A DNA stretch of 49,671 nucleotides from an uncultured Bacilli bacterium (lineage in GTDB: Bacteria > Bacillota_I > Bacilli_A > RF39 > UBA660). The translations under genes were made by a program, and so were the position numbers. The notes beneath the pieces are model-generated. The model was not told where the DNA came from. It worked only from the letters and a program-made list of their open reading frames with translations, and made no database searches. The stretch is taken from NCBI GenBank assembly GCA_944332465.1, contig CALVJZ010000001.1:1-49671 (forward strand). The letters are read 5' to 3'. This document shows, piece after piece, positions 46,685 through 49,671 of the stretch (its first letter is position 1; each line of letters begins with the position of its first letter).

Positions 46685-46685
46685 C

Positions 46686-46714
46686 ATTATATAAAATAAA
46701 ACCTCTTCAGTCAA
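46686..46714 (-). promoter_or_regulatory. Sigma-A promoter of the fur-rubrerythrin unit
   Basis: On the minus strand: TTGACT (46709-46714), 17-nt spacer, TATAAT (46686-46691). The operator begins 2 nt downstream of the -10. Confidence 0.65.
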
Positions 46715-46927
46715 CAAGTAAAAAATAAAACATAAAATAAACTAGGTGATACAATGAAAACAAAACATAATCTCTTTTGTAGATGCAATCATTGTAAACA
46801 AAAAAGAATGAATTCCCTACTTTATCTATTTTCTATTATTGTTACTTTTGTTATCATATTTTATCAAATACTTCTTTTAATCTTCATAACCACAAGATTA
46901 AATGCTATTATTCTTTTAATAGAATTT

Positions 46928-47779
46928 TTATTTATCTGTTTTCTCATCTTTCTCGTTTTGTTTTAATAAAAACGAATAACTACTTTCTAAATATCTAATG
47001 GTTTTATTAAATTCAACAACATTTTTATAATGACTTGCAGAAATATCAACAACATTATCATTAAATAGCAACAATGCATAAAACAAATATTTTTCTCCCT
47101 CATCAAAGTAAAAATTTTTTTGATAAAGTCTAAACAAAGATACCATTTCTACATCTTCATAAAATCGTTTATAAAAAAATAAAAAGTCATAAACTACACA
47201 ACCTCTTTTAGATAGACTAAAATCTCTAAAATATGGTTTTTCTAAATCTACAAAATTAAAAAAAGTAGGACTCCCCTGTAAAAAAACAACTCTTCTGTTT
47301 TCTTCTTTTTTTAAAAAATCTAACCATAAATCTAAATATTCTCTACTTTTTCTTAAATTGCGATAAAATATACTAGCATTTCTCATAAATAAATATTCAT
47401 CTGGAGCCATATAAACATTATTTTCAAATTGTTCTTGTAATTTTAAATAATATTCCATCTGAAAATTTATTTTTGAAGTTATTTCTTGATAAAATTTTTC
47501 ACAATCAGCAAAAACTACTTTTTCATAAGTAGTAGTTTTTGTATGTAGTAAGCTAAGTAACAAAATTAAATCTTTAGCTTTATCTTGAAGAGGTACATTA
47601 TCTTCTTGAAAAATATATATTTCACAACTGCCATCATCTTTTAATGGTTTCAAAAAGCCTAAAAAATTACGTGATTTTAAATAATCAAATACACTATTTT
47701 GAAGAAAAGGTAAATATATATATTTTATACCGTCCTTTTCTACTATTTTATTACCATCAATATAAAAAATATTAGTCAT
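46928..47779 (-). CDS. ysxE: YsxE-like CotS-family spore-coat protein (kinase fold, degenerate)
   Basis: Position immediately downstream of a SpoVID-like gene, as in Bacillus, plus size and general CotS-like layout. Start moved to the ATG (MTNIFYIDG), which overlaps the spoVID stop (cATGACTAA). Confidence 0.5.
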   Translation of the reverse strand: MTNIFYIDGNKIVEKDGIKYIYLPFLQNSVFDYLKSRNFLGFLKPLKDDGSCEIYIFQEDNVPLQDKAKDLILLLSLLHTKTTTYEKVVFADCEKFYQEITSKINFQMEYYLKLQEQFENNVYMAPDEYLFMRNASIFYRNLRKSREYLDLWLDFLKKEENRRVVFLQGSPTFFNFVDLEKPYFRDFSLSKRGCVVYDFLFFYKRFYEDVEMVSLFRLYQKNFYFDEGEKYLFYALLLFNDNVVDISASHYKNVVEFNKTIRYLESSYSFLLKQNEKDEKTDK

Positions 47780-48431
47780 GTGAAACACTTGGAATAAGTA
47801 TTTTATCACCAGTTGAAACTTGATCTATATCATTATACTTTTCTAAATCTTCTCTAGAAACATGATATTTATCCATAATAGAAGAAATACTATCTCCATC
47901 TCTTACAATATAAACATAATATGTAGAAAACCTATCATCGTTATCCTGCAAGTTAGAAAATAGACCTAATTTTTTATCTTCTAAAGCTTCATCTACTACT
48001 TCATGAACATTTTCATTATTTTCCTTTTCTATAAAAATATCGTCTTTAACCATTTCTTCACTAGAAACTTCCTCTAGCTCTTTCCTATCATCTTCTTCAA
48101 TCTTTTCAACCCCCGAAACTTTTAAATCAATATGACATTCCAAAGACTCATCATCTACTACTTTATATCGAAAATCATCTACTTCAACAGTCCTACTATT
48201 CTCTTCTAAACATTCAGTCAAAACAATGTCTACGGGCAAAGTAAAAGAAAAATCTTCTTCCAATCGTGATGCTGAAGTAAGTTTATATTTACCAAAAATT
48301 TTTAAATTACCAGAAATAGTAGTATCATCGTCAAATTTTAAAAAAGGCTCTAAAGAAATAGAACAAATTTCACCAACCATAGTTTTAAAATCTAACGTCT
48401 TATCAAAAGAAATAATTTTATTCATACTCAT
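47772..48431 (-). CDS. spoVID: Stage VI sporulation protein D-like (N-domain + acidic linker + C-terminal LysM)
   Basis: The N-terminus ...ISFDKTLDFKTMVGEICSISLEP...ISGNLKIFGKYKL parallels the SpoVID N-domain. It is followed by an acidic region and a C-terminal LysM (YYVYIVRDGDSISSIMDKYHVSREDLEKYNDI...GDKILIP). Confidence 0.65.
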   Translation of the reverse strand: MSMNKIISFDKTLDFKTMVGEICSISLEPFLKFDDDTTISGNLKIFGKYKLTSASRLEEDFSFTLPVDIVLTECLEENSRTVEVDDFRYKVVDDESLECHIDLKVSGVEKIEEDDRKELEEVSSEEMVKDDIFIEKENNENVHEVVDEALEDKKLGLFSNLQDNDDRFSTYYVYIVRDGDSISSIMDKYHVSREDLEKYNDIDQVSTGDKILIPSVSHD

Positions 48432-48473
48432 CCTCCTAAAAAATTATATGAAAAAAAGAAAAAAAAAGACTTA

Positions 48474-49139
48474 TTAATTGTCTTTTTTAGCTCTAATTAA
48501 CTTAACTTTTTCTTCAGTATCACATGCATCACTATAATCTTTAGAAAAACTTTTTAAAAGTATACCTTCCTTAGCTTGTCCTAATAAGCCAACAGCATTA
48601 TCATATAATTCATCTTCTATGAATATTTCTGGACACACTTCACTAAAATATCTACAAGAAGAAAATAAGATTTCTTTTTCTATACTTAATTGATTATCTC
48701 CCAAAATATTTAAAAAAGCAAAAAAGTCATTAGCATTATAATTTAAGAAATCTTGTAAAGTTTCAAACGTTCTTCCTCTTGCCTCTTCTTGAAATGAACG
48801 ATAATTTAAAGCAAAATATACTTTTCTATCTTCTGGTACACACTTAAGTAAATTTAATGTTGTAATAACATTATTACTCAAATCAAAAGATGACTCCTTA
48901 AACTTAAATCGATACTCATTAACAACATTACTTATTTTATCAACAAATTCAGGATCTAAATGCATAAATGGTTCTTCAATTGACATTAAATCATTAAAAG
49001 CTTGCAGTAGATATAAATACATACCTTCATTACTACAAAGTTCTAAAATTTCATGACTAGAATTTGTAACTAAAATATTCTTTAACCAAAGACATCTAAA
49101 AAATGAAGAAAGTTTATTATCTAAACTATTAATTTCCAT
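48474..49139 (-). CDS. Hypothetical protein (221 aa)
   Basis: The ORF overlaps the lon stop by 11 nt. No motif recognised. Confidence 0.5.
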   Translation of the reverse strand: MEINSLDNKLSSFFRCLWLKNILVTNSSHEILELCSNEGMYLYLLQAFNDLMSIEEPFMHLDPEFVDKISNVVNEYRFKFKESSFDLSNNVITTLNLLKCVPEDRKVYFALNYRSFQEEARGRTFETLQDFLNYNANDFFAFLNILGDNQLSIEKEILFSSCRYFSEVCPEIFIEDELYDNAVGLLGQAKEGILLKSFSKDYSDACDTEEKVKLIRAKKDN

Positions 49140-49671
49140 CTACATCACCAAACAACTTTTTATAAATATCTAAATATTTATTTACAAAAATAAATTTAAT
49201 ATCTTTTTTTACTTCATTAGGTATTTTATCTAAATCATTTTTATTTTCTTCAGGTAAAAATATTTTTCTAATACCCGCTCTATGAGAACCAATAACTTTT
49301 TCTCTTAATCCACCTATAGGTAATACTCGACCACGTAAAGTAATCTCACCTGTCATTGAAATATTACTATTAACTTTTTTATTTTTAAATAAACTAATTA
49401 AAGCAGTCGTAATTGCAATACCAGCAGAAGGACCATCTTTATTAACTGCTCCTTCAGGAAAATGTATATGAATATCGTTTTCTGATAATGTCTTAATTTC
49501 TATAGAAAATATTTCAGCATTTGCCTTAATATAACTTAATGCTATATGACACGACTCTTGCATAACTTCGCCCAAGGAACCGGTAAGTAAAAGTTCACCC
49601 TTTCCAGGAAACATAGTGACTTCAATGGGTAGAATATCCCCTCCAAAAATAGTATAAGCCATTCCATTAAC
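49129..49671 (-). CDS. lon: Lon protease (LonA type), C-terminal proteolytic domain; 5' part lies outside the window
   Basis: S16 domain motifs DGPSAGIA (catalytic Ser) and [19 protein letters not shown] (catalytic Lys). The reading frame is open to the window edge. Confidence 0.9.
   Translation of the reverse strand, partial: VNGMAYTIFGGDILPIEVTMFPGKGELLLTGSLGEVMQESCHIALSYIKANAEIFSIEIKTLSENDIHIHFPEGAVNKDGPSAGIAITTALISLFKNKKVNSNISMTGEITLRGRVLPIGGLREKVIGSHRAGIRKIFLPEENKNDLDKIPNEVKKDIKFIFVNKYLDIYKKLFGDVDGN

Noticed and set aside
46754-46966. A 70-aa plus-strand ORF divergent from the fur promoter (MKTKHNLFCRCNHCKQKRMNS... plus a hydrophobic tail).
   Set aside because: It overlaps the 3' end of the ysxE-like gene by about 40 nt. 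It has only a weak SD (AGGTGA is present, but the product is very I/L/F-rich, as expected from AT-rich noise). It could be a real small membrane protein, but the sequence alone does not support calling it.

Overview
This is a very AT-rich chromosomal segment from an endospore-forming, low-GC Firmicute. It uses the standard bacterial code: TGA serves as a stop (e.g. yqeK) and Trp is TGG. I support about 60 CDS, almost all on the minus strand and tightly packed or overlapping. There are 16 tRNA genes, all with encoded CCA: Lys-CTT; Gly+Cys; Ala; and a 12-gene array split into two transcription units. I also found a valS T-box leader, a perfect Fur-type operator, and several intrinsic terminators and sigma-A-like promoters.

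The content is mostly core:
- murF-ddl
- rimP-nusA-ylxR-infB-rbfA
- an ABC-F ATPase
- ybaK
- radC-mreC-mreD-spoIVFA-spoIVFB
- valS
- a lipoprotein cyclophilin
- a DD-carboxypeptidase
- a sigG-ylmC-yunB-yutD-DUF1292 sporulation block
- ttcA/trmL/U32
- fur(perR)-rubrerythrin
- spoVID-ysxE
- the 3' end of lon

The backbone order resembles the B. subtilis lon...spoVID-ysxE...valS...radC-mre-spoIVF region.

I saw no CRISPR array, IS element, integrase, prophage or obvious defence island. I cannot honestly point to a clearly novel multi-gene system.

The best candidates for follow-up are:
1. A separately transcribed operon of a 5-TM protein plus two translationally coupled minimal kinase-like paralogs.
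2. A solitary BcnI/MvaI-like endonuclease gene with no methyltransferase, next to the tRNA array.
3. A hairpin that sequesters the sigG ribosome-binding site, with a forespore-type promoter candidate inside it.
4. A MurF whose N-terminal domain is replaced by a polytopic membrane domain.
5. A frameshifted zinc-ribbon/TM2 gene.
6. An 83-aa RimP with only the N-terminal domain.

All family assignments come from motif recognition by eye. No searches were run.
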